DNA from: Chloroflexota bacterium | Lineage (GTDB): Bacteria; Chloroflexota; UBA11872; VXOZ01 | Assembly: GCA_963662335.2 (NCBI GenBank) | Contig: CAXXVD010000005.1 | Span: 192,001 to 256,000 of the forward strand | Length of the DNA stretch: 64,000 nt | Reading direction: 5' to 3' | Part shown: positions 27,973 to 36,899 of the stretch, one piece after another | Layout of the letters: each line of letters opens with the position of its first letter | Numbering within the stretch: position 1 is the stretch's first letter | Program-made: the position numbers and the translations under genes | The notes under the pieces: model-generated | Database searches by the model: none | What the model was told of the DNA's origin: nothing | The model's input: the letters and a program-made list of their open reading frames with translations, nothing else

Positions 27973-29922
27973 TCAATAGAGCTTGGTCAGCCTGACGCCG
28001 GTATAGTACATCTTCAATATCTGGTCGTAGGTCTTGCCTTGTTTCGCCAGCACGTACGTGCTCTGCAGCGGCATGCCCACGCCGTGCCCATGCAGCGTAG
28101 AACCCGCGCTGACCGGATCCGGCACGCTCACCGCCCAGGGGAAGCCCGGCCCGCCCCACACCTCTTGCCAGGAGCGAGTCTTGCCGTCCGCCCGCGAGTA
28201 GTAGGCGGCGCGGATTACTTTGCCGTCGTAGGTCATGAACTGCCCCCGCGTCGCGTTGGCAGCCGTTTCCAGATTCTTGCCCAGCGTTTCCCGGTAGTAC
28301 CCCAGGTACCACTGGTGCGAGCCCACGTACGGCGGCACGAACTGGTGGGAAGCGCCAATGTCGAACGGTTCCTTGCCGCAGAGGCAGCCCAGCCCGCGCC
28401 ACTGCGGGTCCATGTGCGAGAGCGCGTAGGTGCGGTAGGCCACGGTCGCCGCCTTCAAGCCCTCGGCTGGGAACGACTCCGGCTCTTCGCCAATCCCTTT
28501 CACGTAGTACTCCATTGGCAACTCGTTGATAGCCCACAGACGCTCCGAATACGTCGAGTAGCGGACCTCCACCACCCGGCGATATTGCCGAAAGCGGGGC
28601 ATGCTGAGCACCTGCAGAATGGTACTGTCCTGTGCCTCGAACCGCACGAAGTTGGCTATGTCCGCTACGTCGTTATTCTCGAGCGTCAAGCGATAGCGTG
28701 ACCGGGCCGGGACGTGAGTTACCGTAACGACTTGATCAGCCCTGAAGGCGTAGACCGTTCTGCCGTTCTCATCTACGGCGCGGAACCCGCCGCTGCCCGA
28801 TATCCTCATGCTTTGCTCGGTCGTGGAATAGACGCCAACCCGGATGATCATGCCGTCAGCGCCGCTGCCGACGGTAGGCGTAGGCTGGGGCCTGCGCGGC
28901 GTTGGAATCGGAGGCGGCGTAGGAGTCGGCCTTTGCACGACAATTGTCTGCCGGGTGGCGGCGGAGGGGTCCCGCGCCGCCGCCCAGCCGCGGCCCTGCT
29001 GCCACAAGTCCCATTGCAGCGTGTAGATTCCTCCCTGCCACGGTGTGCTGAGCGAAACGTCAACAACGGCCACGCCGCCGGCGGGCACCCCATGAGGCAA
29101 CGGGACGTGCGAAGCTACGAGCGCTACGCGCCCTCCTTGACCCAGCAAACGATAGCCGACGCCGACGGCCCCGCGCCCCCTCTCCGGCCAGCGCATAATG
29201 CCGACGTTTTGCACGGACACGCGGAGAGGAATAGTTTGATTCGTCAGCAGAATTCTGGGCATTCCCGCCACCCGGAAGTGCCCGCGCGGCCCCATCTTCT
29301 GCGCTAACTCTTCACCCAATAGGCCCAGCGTGACCTGCTGGTTCTCAGGCAAGTGTGGATCGTGTTCGAAGCGCGCCCGTTGAAAGTACTGTACGATCCT
29401 CCCATTTTCAAGGAATGCCTCCGAGATCGGATAGCCAAAGATGTCCAGGCCGCCGCGCGTATCGTAGAAGCGCAAAAAAGACCCTCGCACGATGTGCTGC
29501 GTCAATGGAAAGTACCGCTGGGTCGGCGTTTCAGGCACGGGTGACGCTTTGGGAAACTCCCGGCCTGCGGTGAGAATGTCGCCAAGCAGCCCCAGTTCTA
29601 CCTCATAGGGCGTACCGGCGTGCTCGGGATGGTACTCGAAACGCGCGCGTTGGAAGTACTGGACGGTAAAGCCGTTCTCCTGGATCTCCGGCGTGATGGG
29701 ATAGCCGAAGATCTCAACGCCGCCGCGCTGCTCGAAGTAGCGCTTGAACCCGAAAGAGACGGACATGCCGGTCTCGGGGAAATACCGGGTGTGTTCGTCG
29801 GCGTGCAGAGCCTGGGGCCACAAGACGGCCAGCAGAACCAGCGCGGCCAATAGCCCCGCGCGATAGCAATAGCGGCGATACGCCCTTCCATCAGCACAAC
29901 TCATTGCAACACTGCCCTTCAA
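27973..29922 (-). CDS. SpoIID/LytB-domain protein with N-terminal YFPETG-type repeats and Ig-like domain
   Basis: Signal peptide; two repeats (YFPETGMSV...GGVEIFGYPIT...VQYFQRARFE); VSVQNVG...YTLQWDL Ig-like region; C-terminal INELPMEYYVKG...LKAATVAYRTYAL...GHGVGM...YDQILKMYYTG. Confidence 0.85.
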   Translation of the reverse strand: MKGSVAMSCADGRAYRRYCYRAGLLAALVLLAVLWPQALHADEHTRYFPETGMSVSFGFKRYFEQRGGVEIFGYPITPEIQENGFTVQYFQRARFEYHPEHAGTPYEVELGLLGDILTAGREFPKASPVPETPTQRYFPLTQHIVRGSFLRFYDTRGGLDIFGYPISEAFLENGRIVQYFQRARFEHDPHLPENQQVTLGLLGEELAQKMGPRGHFRVAGMPRILLTNQTIPLRVSVQNVGIMRWPERGRGAVGVGYRLLGQGGRVALVASHVPLPHGVPAGGVAVVDVSLSTPWQGGIYTLQWDLWQQGRGWAAARDPSAATRQTIVVQRPTPTPPPIPTPRRPQPTPTVGSGADGMIIRVGVYSTTEQSMRISGSGGFRAVDENGRTVYAFRADQVVTVTHVPARSRYRLTLENNDVADIANFVRFEAQDSTILQVLSMPRFRQYRRVVEVRYSTYSERLWAINELPMEYYVKGIGEEPESFPAEGLKAATVAYRTYALSHMDPQWRGLGCLCGKEPFDIGASHQFVPPYVGSHQWYLGYYRETLGKNLETAANATRGQFMTYDGKVIRAAYYSRADGKTRSWQEVWGGPGFPWAVSVPDPVSAGSTLHGHGVGMPLQSTYVLAKQGKTYDQILKMYYTGVRLTKLY

Positions 29923-29937
29923 TACCTTACTCTCCTC

Positions 29938-30710
29938 TTATTTCCCGTTCGGCTTGCGCAGCAGGAGGCAGACACCGCCTGCCTTGTGCTGTTCGTCGTC
30001 TCCGAGAAAGCCGTAGACTGCGGACGGCATTACGGCGTTCACCCAGCCGGTGGCCAGGCGACTGAGCCGCTTGGTCGTCGGCGCGTGCAAGAGCGCGAAC
30101 AGCAGCGGCCGGCGCACGCCAAAGTGCTCCCGCTTCACTATTTCCAGCCCCGTCGGCTCGACGACTCGCGCCGTCAAAGCGGCACTGTCGTAGATGCGCT
30201 GATACCGTTCCTGCGCGGGGTCCGCACCGGCGGCCGGTAGTGTTGGCCGTATGGCAACGTGAGCGCCACTAGACCCCCCGGCGCAAGCACACGCGCCATC
30301 TCACCCGTGACGCGGCTATCTCCTTCATCGGGAATGTGCTCCAGTACCGAAACGGCGCATACCCGCGCAAACGACCTGTCCGCAAACGGCAAGGCCCGGG
30401 CTTCGTGCAGACGCGGCGTAATGCTTCGTGCCGCGGCCGTCATGCCGGCGCGGGTCGCCAGCGTTGGCAGGTCCATCACCAGCGGGTCTACGTCAAGCGC
30501 CGTAAGCGTCGCCCCCTGGCGCGCCAGCAAGATCGTGAGCGGCGAACGGCTCGCTCCTACGTCCAGCGCGGGCCTGCCAGCCAGCGGCTGCAAGGCATTG
30601 GCGGTCCAGGAATACTCCAGGTAGCGGCAGACATCCAAACCATAGAGATAGCGAAAGGGTTGGAGCCGGCCGTGAATCCGATAGAAGTCCAGCGGGGTAA
30701 TGCTCGGCAT
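29938..30710 (-). pseudogene. Class I SAM-dependent methyltransferase split by a -1 frameshift (pseudogene or assembly error)
   Basis: ORF 30174-30710 has LDVGA, SVLEHIP and RVLAPGG. Near 30200-30240 the natural continuation AQERYQRIYDSAALTARVVEPTGLEI is in the frame of ORF 29938-30177. Confidence 0.75.
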
Positions 30711-30800
30711 ACCATAGCTTCGGCGCGGGAAAAGGAAGGCGAGACCGCGGCCCAGGCTGGAACTGCGCTGTCTCCTCTATAGAATACCACGAACGCAGGT

Positions 30801-30848
30801 GCGGCTTCTACTTCAAACGCCAACGCGGTTTCTACTTCGAATGCCGAC
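30801..30848. repeat. 24-bp imperfect tandem duplication
   Basis: GCGGCTTCTACTTCAAACGCCAAC / GCGGTTTCTACTTCGAATGCCGAC. Confidence 0.6.
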
Positions 30849-30926
30849 TAGGTCTCTTCACCGCTCGCCATCGCGGATTCCGCCAACTCCCGCGCCCGCG
30901 TGAGAGCAGCGCGCCGCGACTCCCCG

Positions 30927-30950
30927 GTAGCGCAGGTTGAAAACCTGCGC
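30927..30950 (+). repeat. GTAG-type REP palindrome (family A)
   Basis: GTAGCGCAGGTTGAAAACCTGCGC; compare 1143-1165. Confidence 0.7.
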
Positions 30951-31023
30951 CGGCATGAGCCACAGTGCGAGTGTTGCCGCTCATCCCGGACCGCGCCGCA
31001 GACATCCTCCCTGACATGGCGGC

Positions 31024-31093
31024 CTAGGGGCGCAACGTGACGGCGTAGGGGCGCAACATGACGGTGTAGGGGCACGACATGTCGTGCCCCTAC
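31024..31093 (+). repeat. GTAG-REP tandem array (21-bp period) ending in a perfect 28-bp palindrome
   Basis: CTAGGGGCGCAACGTGACGGC / GTAGGGGCGCAACATGACGGT / GTAGGGGCACGACATGTCGTGCCCCTAC. Confidence 0.8.
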
Positions 31094-31176
31094 ACCCTAT
31101 GGCAGATTGAGGAAATTCCACCGCGCCGCGTCAAGGCTGCGTCAACCCGGAGCACGCGTACAAACGATTCACCTGA

Positions 31177-32964
31177 TCATAGTTCTTCGGTGCGCGAGTC
31201 AGCGCAGCGCCGCACCGTGTCGCGAAATTCCGCGAGCGGCAGCGCGCCGCGATTCTCGCCGGTGCGCAGGCGCACGTTCACCGCGCCGTCCTCAATTTCG
31301 CGGTCTCCCACCACCGCCATATAGGGAATCTTCTGGATTTGCGCGTCGCGAATCTTGGCGTTCATCCGTTCCGAGCGCGTGTCCACCTCAACGCGAATGT
31401 CCGCCTCCGCGAGCGCGGCCGCCGCTGCCTGTGCATATTCATTGTGCCGGTCGGCAATCGGGATGACGACCGCCTGCACCGGCGCCAGCCACACCGGAAA
31501 CGCGCCGCCGTAGTGCTCCAGCAGGATGCCGAAGAAGCGCTCGATGGAGCCGTAGAGGGCCCGGTGGATCATGAAGGGACGATGCGCCGCGCCGTCTTCG
31601 CCGATGTACTCCAGCCCAAAGGTCTGCGGCAGCCAAAAATCGAATTGGATGGTGGAGAGTTGCCAGGGGCGGCCCAGCACGTCCACAATCTTTATGTCAA
31701 CTTTTGGCCCGTAGAACGCCGCCTCGCCCTCCATGCGCTTGTAGCGCAGTTCCAGCCCTTCCAGCGCGTTGACCAGCCCGGCCTCGGCCATTTCCCAGTC
31801 CGCCGGCTCCCCCGCGTACTTGCTTGTTTCGCCCTGCTCCCACATGCTCAACTCCAATTCGAGGTCCTTGAAGCCGTAGGTCTCCAGGATTTCCAGGCAG
31901 AACTTCAGCACCCGCAGCAACTCGCCGCCCATCTGGTCTGTACGGCAGAAGAGGTGCGCGTCGTCCTGGGTAAAACCGCGCGCGCGCAGCAGGCCGTGCA
32001 GCACGCCCGACCGCTCGTAGCGGTAGACCGTGCCCGCCTCCGTATAGCGCAGCGGCAGATCGCGGTAACTGCGCGTGCGGCTCTTGTAGACCTGGATGTG
32101 GAACGGGCAGTTCATCGGCTTCAGGTAGTACTGCTGCTCGTCGATCTCCACGGGCGCGTACATGTTGTCGGCGAACCAGTTCAGGTGTCCGCTGGTCTGC
32201 CAGAGGCCCGCCTTGCCGACGTGGGGCGTGTAGACGAACTCGTAGCCGCCCGCCCGGTGGCTATCCCGCCAGTAATCTTCCATCACGCTGCGCACGTGCC
32301 CGCCCTTGGCGTGCCAGATAACCAGGCCGGGACCCACCTCGTCGGAGAAGCTGAACAGATCGAGTTCCCGGCCCAAGCGCCTATGGTCGCGCCGTTCGGC
32401 TTCTTCCAGGAAGTGCAGGTACGCGTCGAGTTCCGCCTGCGTCTCCCAGGCCGTACCGTAGACACGCTGGAGTTGCCGCCGGTTTTCGTCGCCCCGCCAG
32501 TACGCGCCGGCCGTGCGCAGCAGCTTGAACGCGCCGACCTTGCCGGTCGACGCCACGTGCGGGCCTTCGCAGAGGTCGATGAAGTCCCCGTTCTGGTAGA
32601 TGCTCACGTCTTCAACCTGCGCGTCACGCTCCAGGTCGTCGATCAATTCGACCTTGTAGGCCTGCTCCCGCTCGCCAAAGAAGGCCCGGGCCTCTTTTAC
32701 CGGCAGGGTAGAGCGCGTGAACCGCTGGTTGCGCTTGATGATGCGCTTCATGCGCCGGTTCAACTGGTCCAGGTCCTGCGGCGTCAGCGTGCGCGGCAGA
32801 TCGAAGTCGTAGTAGAAGCCGTCTTCGATCGGCGGGCCGATGGCGAGTTTGGCCTCCGGCATGTACTCCAGCATGGCCGTGGCCAGCACGTGGGCGGCCG
32901 AGTGGCGCAGGCGCTCCAACCGCTCCGCCCGTTCGCTCTCGTCTCTTCCTTCCGCTTGCGGCAT
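31177..32964 (-). CDS. thrS: Threonine--tRNA ligase (short form lacking the N-terminal TGS domain)
   Basis: RHSAAHVLA, GPPIEDGFYYD, DLCEGPH, RDHRRLG, KPMNCP, YRYERSG...RGFTQDDAH, HRALYGSIERF. Confidence 0.98.
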   Translation of the reverse strand: MPQAEGRDESERAERLERLRHSAAHVLATAMLEYMPEAKLAIGPPIEDGFYYDFDLPRTLTPQDLDQLNRRMKRIIKRNQRFTRSTLPVKEARAFFGEREQAYKVELIDDLERDAQVEDVSIYQNGDFIDLCEGPHVASTGKVGAFKLLRTAGAYWRGDENRRQLQRVYGTAWETQAELDAYLHFLEEAERRDHRRLGRELDLFSFSDEVGPGLVIWHAKGGHVRSVMEDYWRDSHRAGGYEFVYTPHVGKAGLWQTSGHLNWFADNMYAPVEIDEQQYYLKPMNCPFHIQVYKSRTRSYRDLPLRYTEAGTVYRYERSGVLHGLLRARGFTQDDAHLFCRTDQMGGELLRVLKFCLEILETYGFKDLELELSMWEQGETSKYAGEPADWEMAEAGLVNALEGLELRYKRMEGEAAFYGPKVDIKIVDVLGRPWQLSTIQFDFWLPQTFGLEYIGEDGAAHRPFMIHRALYGSIERFFGILLEHYGGAFPVWLAPVQAVVIPIADRHNEYAQAAAAALAEADIRVEVDTRSERMNAKIRDAQIQKIPYMAVVGDREIEDGAVNVRLRTGENRGALPLAEFRDTVRRCADSRTEEL

Positions 32965-33030
32965 GTTTCGTTCTCCCTAAGTGATACTCCGTTTGCTTTG
33001 CATTACCATGTAGGCAGCGCGGCAGCCTCC

Positions 33031-33100
33031 GTCATTCCCGCGCACGCGGGAGTCCATCTTCGCCGCGCAGCCAGTGGATTCCCGCTTTCGCGGGAATGAC
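33031..33100. repeat. Inverted doublet of GTCATTCCC...GGGAAT REP (dRS3-like)
   Basis: GTCATTCCCGCGCACGCGGGAGTCCA ... TGGATTCCCGCTTTCGCGGGAATGAC, inserted in the thrS leader. Confidence 0.8.
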
Positions 33101-33131
33101 CGAGGCCGCGGCGCTATTGTCAGAGGCATAG

Positions 33132-33165
33132 AAAAAGCCTCTCGCGACAGGCACATACGAGAGGC
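33132..33165 (-). terminator. Intrinsic terminator (attenuator) in the thrS 5' leader
   Basis: Minus strand GCCTCTCG-N13-CGAGAGGC-TTTTT, in sense orientation upstream of thrS. Confidence 0.75.
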
Positions 33166-33214
33166 GGCCAAATGCTATTGAAAATTTAACGCGGTACCTA
33201 GCGCAATCCCCTCG

Positions 33215-33295
33215 TTACCTGCACTGGGAGCGGACGCGCGTGGTGATAGGCGCAATGCATCGTCGCGGCAGCGGGCCTGCGCTCGTACGATACAC
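33215..33295 (-). CDS. Putative thrS leader peptide (26 aa) with tandem Thr codons
   Basis: GAGGAG-N10-GTG, translating to VYRTSAGPLPRRCIAPITTRVRSQCR*. The stop overlaps a sequence complementary to the terminator 5' arm. Confidence 0.5.
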   Translation of the reverse strand: MYRTSAGPLPRRCIAPITTRVRSQCR

Positions 33296-33367
33296 TACTC
33301 GCCATCTCCTCGTGAGCGCCAACGCCGTAGCGCGACGCAGACTCCAATGATACAGTCGCACCTACCA

Positions 33368-33397
33368 ATGCTACCGGAGCGCGCGTCCGGCTGTCAA
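33368..33397 (-). promoter_or_regulatory. Putative thrS promoter
   Basis: TTGACA-N18-TAGCAT on the minus strand. Confidence 0.55.
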
Positions 33398-33424
33398 CGA
33401 GTAGCCCCCATGGTGCCGCATTAG

Positions 33425-33448
33425 GTAGCGCGGGGGCTTGTCCCCCGC
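33425..33448 (+). repeat. GTAG-type REP (family B)
   Basis: GTAGCGCGGGGGCTTGTCCCCCGC, identical to 44300 and 44454. Confidence 0.85.
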
Positions 33449-33694
33449 CAGAGCCATCGAGACTGATACGTGGAGGATTGACCTACTGACTTCGCAGGTT
33501 ACACACATGCGCTACCGGAGACTTGGACGCGAGTTTCGCTGTCACTCTGTTTAGTGCGATAGCATTCCTCTCCGTTTCGTCTGGGCCCAAGCGCCGGCTT
33601 CAGAGCATGAATCCTTGCCGCCGCGGGTCGCGGTCGCTACAATTGTGCTCAGACAGGTTCAATCCATGACAATCACAACGAAAGAGTACGCCCG

Positions 33695-34978
33695 ATGCAA
33701 GTTGATCTCGCCTACGGCCGCACGGGACTTCGCGTCACGCTGCCTGACGTCAACGTGGACGTGGTGGAGCCCGTCGATCTGCCGGGCGTAGCGGACTCTT
33801 CCCACGCCCTGCGCGACGCCTTGCGCGCTCCGCTGGGAACCAAGCCGCTCCGCGAACTCGCAGGCGCGGATGACTCCGTAGCCATCGTCTTCTGCGACAT
33901 CACCCGTCCCGCGCCCAATCACCTCATGCTGCCGGCGATTTTGGCCGAACTGGCGCACGTGCCCCGGGCGAACTTCGTTCTCATCAACGCCACCGGCATG
34001 CACCGCCCCAACACCGACGCCGAGTTGCGCGGAATGCTCGGCGACGACATTGTGGCCAACTACCGCATCGTCAATCACGACTCAACGGATCGGTCCCAGT
34101 TGCGCTACCTGGGAAAGACGTCCACCGGCGGGCCCGTGTGGATCAACACTCACTATCTCGACGCATCAGTGAAGATTCTCACCGGCTTCATCGAGCCGCA
34201 CTTCTTCGCGGGCTTTAGCGGCGGGGCCAAGCTGATCTTGCCCGGCATCGCCGGGGCGGACTCGGTGATGCACAACCACAACGCGGCCATGATCGGCCAT
34301 CCCGGCGCCACCTGGGGCCGGCTAGAGGACAACCCCATTCACTGCGAACAGCGCGAGGCGGCGGCCCTCTGCCCGCCCGACCTCAGCCTGAACGTGACGC
34401 TAAACAAGCAGAAGGAGATCACGGGCGTCTTTGCCGGGGAGATGCTGCAAGCCCACGACGCCGGTTGCGCGTTCGCTCGCCGCTCGGTCATGCGTCCCGT
34501 GCCGGAACCGTACGACATCGTCGTGACGACGAACAGCGGCTATCCCCTCGACCTCAATCTCTATCAGGCGGTGAAGGGTATGTCCGCCGCGTACCGGGTG
34601 GTCAAGCCGGGCGGGGCGATCGTGATTGCGGCGGAGTGCGCGGAAGGCATCGGGCACGGGCACTTCGAAGAACTCTTGCAGGAGCGCGAGACACCGGCCG
34701 CGCTGCTGGACCTGATAAACAGCCCCGGCTTCTCCCGCTTCGACCAGTGGGAAGCGCAAATCCTGGCGCAAATCCTCCTGAAAGCAGAAGTCCACCTCTA
34801 CGCCGAGAACCTCACAGACGCCGCCATACAGGACGCGCACCTCACGCCGTGCCGCTCGATCGAGGAGACCGTGGCGTTGCTGCGCGCTACGCATGGGCCG
34901 GATGCCCGCGTCTGCGTGCTGCCCATGGGACCGCTGACCATTCCCTACGTCGCGGAACCGGCGGCGGCAGCGGTCTAG
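33695..34978 (+). CDS. larA: Nickel-pincer-dependent lactate racemase family protein
   Basis: CDITRP, NATGMHR, NHD, GFIEPHFFAGFSGGAK, GYPLDLNLYQAVKG. Confidence 0.9.
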   Translation: MQVDLAYGRTGLRVTLPDVNVDVVEPVDLPGVADSSHALRDALRAPLGTKPLRELAGADDSVAIVFCDITRPAPNHLMLPAILAELAHVPRANFVLINATGMHRPNTDAELRGMLGDDIVANYRIVNHDSTDRSQLRYLGKTSTGGPVWINTHYLDASVKILTGFIEPHFFAGFSGGAKLILPGIAGADSVMHNHNAAMIGHPGATWGRLEDNPIHCEQREAAALCPPDLSLNVTLNKQKEITGVFAGEMLQAHDAGCAFARRSVMRPVPEPYDIVVTTNSGYPLDLNLYQAVKGMSAAYRVVKPGGAIVIAAECAEGIGHGHFEELLQERETPAALLDLINSPGFSRFDQWEAQILAQILLKAEVHLYAENLTDAAIQDAHLTPCRSIEETVALLRATHGPDARVCVLPMGPLTIPYVAEPAAAAV

Positions 34979-34989
34979 CGCGGCGCGGT

Positions 34990-36153
34990 TCAGATTCTGC
35001 GGCCTCTGCCGCTATACCCTTCCGAGGGGATGATCGTAGACGGCGGCGCCAGCCGCGCGCCCGGATCCACGTCCAGGTTCATGCCGGAGACCAGTCCTTG
35101 CTGGAGCCGGTAGTAGCCGCAGGCGCCGATCATCGCGGCGTTATCGGTGCAGAAGGCCAGGTCCGGAATCCGCACCGGCACCGGCGCGTGGGCGGTAATC
35201 TCCTCACGCAGGAGGCTATTTGCCGCCACGCCGCCCACCACAAGTATCATCTTGACCTTGAATTCCCGTGCCGCTTCCACGGTCTTTGCAACTAGGACGT
35301 CCGCGATTGACTGCTGGAAACTGGACGCCACCTGAGCCACGTAGAGCGGCACGTCCATGCCGACCATGCCGCCGGGGGGCACACTCAGCGGTTCGGAGAG
35401 GTCTTGATCGCGCATACGGCTCTCCATGTAGCGCAGCACAGCGGTCTTTACGCCGCTAAAGCTGAATTCGTAGGTGCCTTGCATCCACGCCCGCGGCAGT
35501 TCCACCATGTTGCGGCGTCCCCGCAGGCCGTACCGCGACAACTGCTCCGCGGCCAATTGCACGGCCGGCCCACCCGGGTACGGCAGGCCGAGAATGCGGC
35601 CCACTTTATCGAAGGCCTCACCCGCGGCGTCGTCGCGGGTAGCGCCTACCAGGGCGTAGTCCCCATGGCCGCGCATAAGCACAAGCTCCGTGTGGCCGCC
35701 GGAGACCACCAGGGCAAGCAAGGGAAACCGCAAGTCATCCGGCTCTTCGCTCCGGAGCGCGCGCCGCGAGCGCGAGAGCCACGCCGCGTAGACGTGGCCT
35801 TCGAGATGGTTGACGCCAATCAACGGGATGCCGAGCGAGAAAGCAACGGACTTGGCAAAATTGAGGCCGACCAGCAACGCGCCCGCCAGGCCGGGGCCGT
35901 ACGTGACCGCTACGCCGTCCAGGTCTTCCCAGGCGGCGTCCGCCTCGATCAGCGCCTCGTTGACAACGGGCATAATGGTCGCCAGGTGCTGCCGAGACGC
36001 AAGTTCCGGCACCACGCCGCCGTACTTCTGGTGAATCTCCACCTGCGAGGCGACGACGTTGGCCCGGACGTAGCGGCCGTCTTCCACCACGGCCGCCGCC
36101 GTCTCGTCGCACGACGTTTCAATCGCGAGCAGTGTCTTCGACGAAGTCGCCAA
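34990..36153 (-). CDS. tsaD: tRNA N6-adenosine threonylcarbamoyltransferase TsaD
   Basis: IETSCDET, GGVVPELASRQH, GPGL, NHLEGH, VSGGHT, DDAAGEAFDK, FSFSGVKT, CTDNAAMI. Confidence 0.97.
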   Translation of the reverse strand: MATSSKTLLAIETSCDETAAAVVEDGRYVRANVVASQVEIHQKYGGVVPELASRQHLATIMPVVNEALIEADAAWEDLDGVAVTYGPGLAGALLVGLNFAKSVAFSLGIPLIGVNHLEGHVYAAWLSRSRRALRSEEPDDLRFPLLALVVSGGHTELVLMRGHGDYALVGATRDDAAGEAFDKVGRILGLPYPGGPAVQLAAEQLSRYGLRGRRNMVELPRAWMQGTYEFSFSGVKTAVLRYMESRMRDQDLSEPLSVPPGGMVGMDVPLYVAQVASSFQQSIADVLVAKTVEAAREFKVKMILVVGGVAANSLLREEITAHAPVPVRIPDLAFCTDNAAMIGACGYYRLQQGLVSGMNLDVDPGARLAPPSTIIPSEGYSGRGRRI

Positions 36154-36865
36154 GGAAGCCTCCTGTTTCCGGGTAGGTCGTCGTCCACGTATGCTTCTGC
36201 CGCAGCCGGGCGACCCGCTCCTGGAACATTCGTTGAAAGTCCGCCACGTTCACGTCGTCGCTCCACATGACCAGCGCGTCTTCGTGATTGTCGCTATAGT
36301 AGCGCGGCCGGATCCCGGTGGAGCGAAACGAGTATTTTCGGTAGAGCGAACGCGCCAGGCCGTTGGAAACGCGCACCTCCAGCGTGACCCAACGCGCCGC
36401 CAGGCCGATCGCCACGTCGATGAGGGCGGAGAGCATCAACTCGCCGACGTACTGGCCGCGCACGTCGGGCCGCGTCGCGATGGTGGTAATGTGGGCTTCG
36501 TCCACCATGAGCCAGAGCCCGCCGTACGCCACGAGCGTGGGCCGCCCGTAGCGCCATTGCCGCTCGCTTTCCCGATCCAGCGAGGGCAAGAGCGAGAACG
36601 GGAAGGGTCTGGCGCGCGGCGCCGGGGCCGCCTCTTCCTCTCTTTCGCCGTCCGCCACGGCATCCAGGTCGCGAATCACCAGGTAGCGCGCCAGTTTGTT
36701 CTCTTTGATTTCGCGGCGATAGGCGTTGCGCGGCCACGGCAGGGTAAACGAGGCTTCTTCGATGCCGCGCACTTCGGCCACGTCTTCCACCTGCATCGGC
36801 TCGATGCGCAGCCGCATTGCCTGCTGCCGGGGGCGCTCCGCGGCAACGATTTCCGTTTGTGCCAT
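36119..36865 (-). CDS. rimI: Ribosomal-protein-alanine N-acetyltransferase RimI (with internal insertion)
   Basis: IEEASFTLPW, YGGLWLMVDEAHITTIA, LEVRVSN...LYRKY...RPRYYSDNHEDAL. Confidence 0.9.
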   Translation of the reverse strand: MAQTEIVAAERPRQQAMRLRIEPMQVEDVAEVRGIEEASFTLPWPRNAYRREIKENKLARYLVIRDLDAVADGEREEEAAPAPRARPFPFSLLPSLDRESERQWRYGRPTLVAYGGLWLMVDEAHITTIATRPDVRGQYVGELMLSALIDVAIGLAARWVTLEVRVSNGLARSLYRKYSFRSTGIRPRYYSDNHEDALVMWSDDVNVADFQRMFQERVARLRQKHTWTTTYPETGGFLGDFVEDTARD

Positions 36866-36899
36866 TACTCCACTCGGCGTTTGATTAACATCCTGGCAA

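Noticed and set aside
31339-33099. 586-aa plus-strand ORF
   Set aside because: Antisense shadow of thrS.
33186-33205. T-box antiterminator (GGTACCGCG)
   Set aside because: It reads TAGGTACCGCG, lacking the UGGN bulge, and no Stem I specifier features are recognisable. The leader-peptide model fits better.
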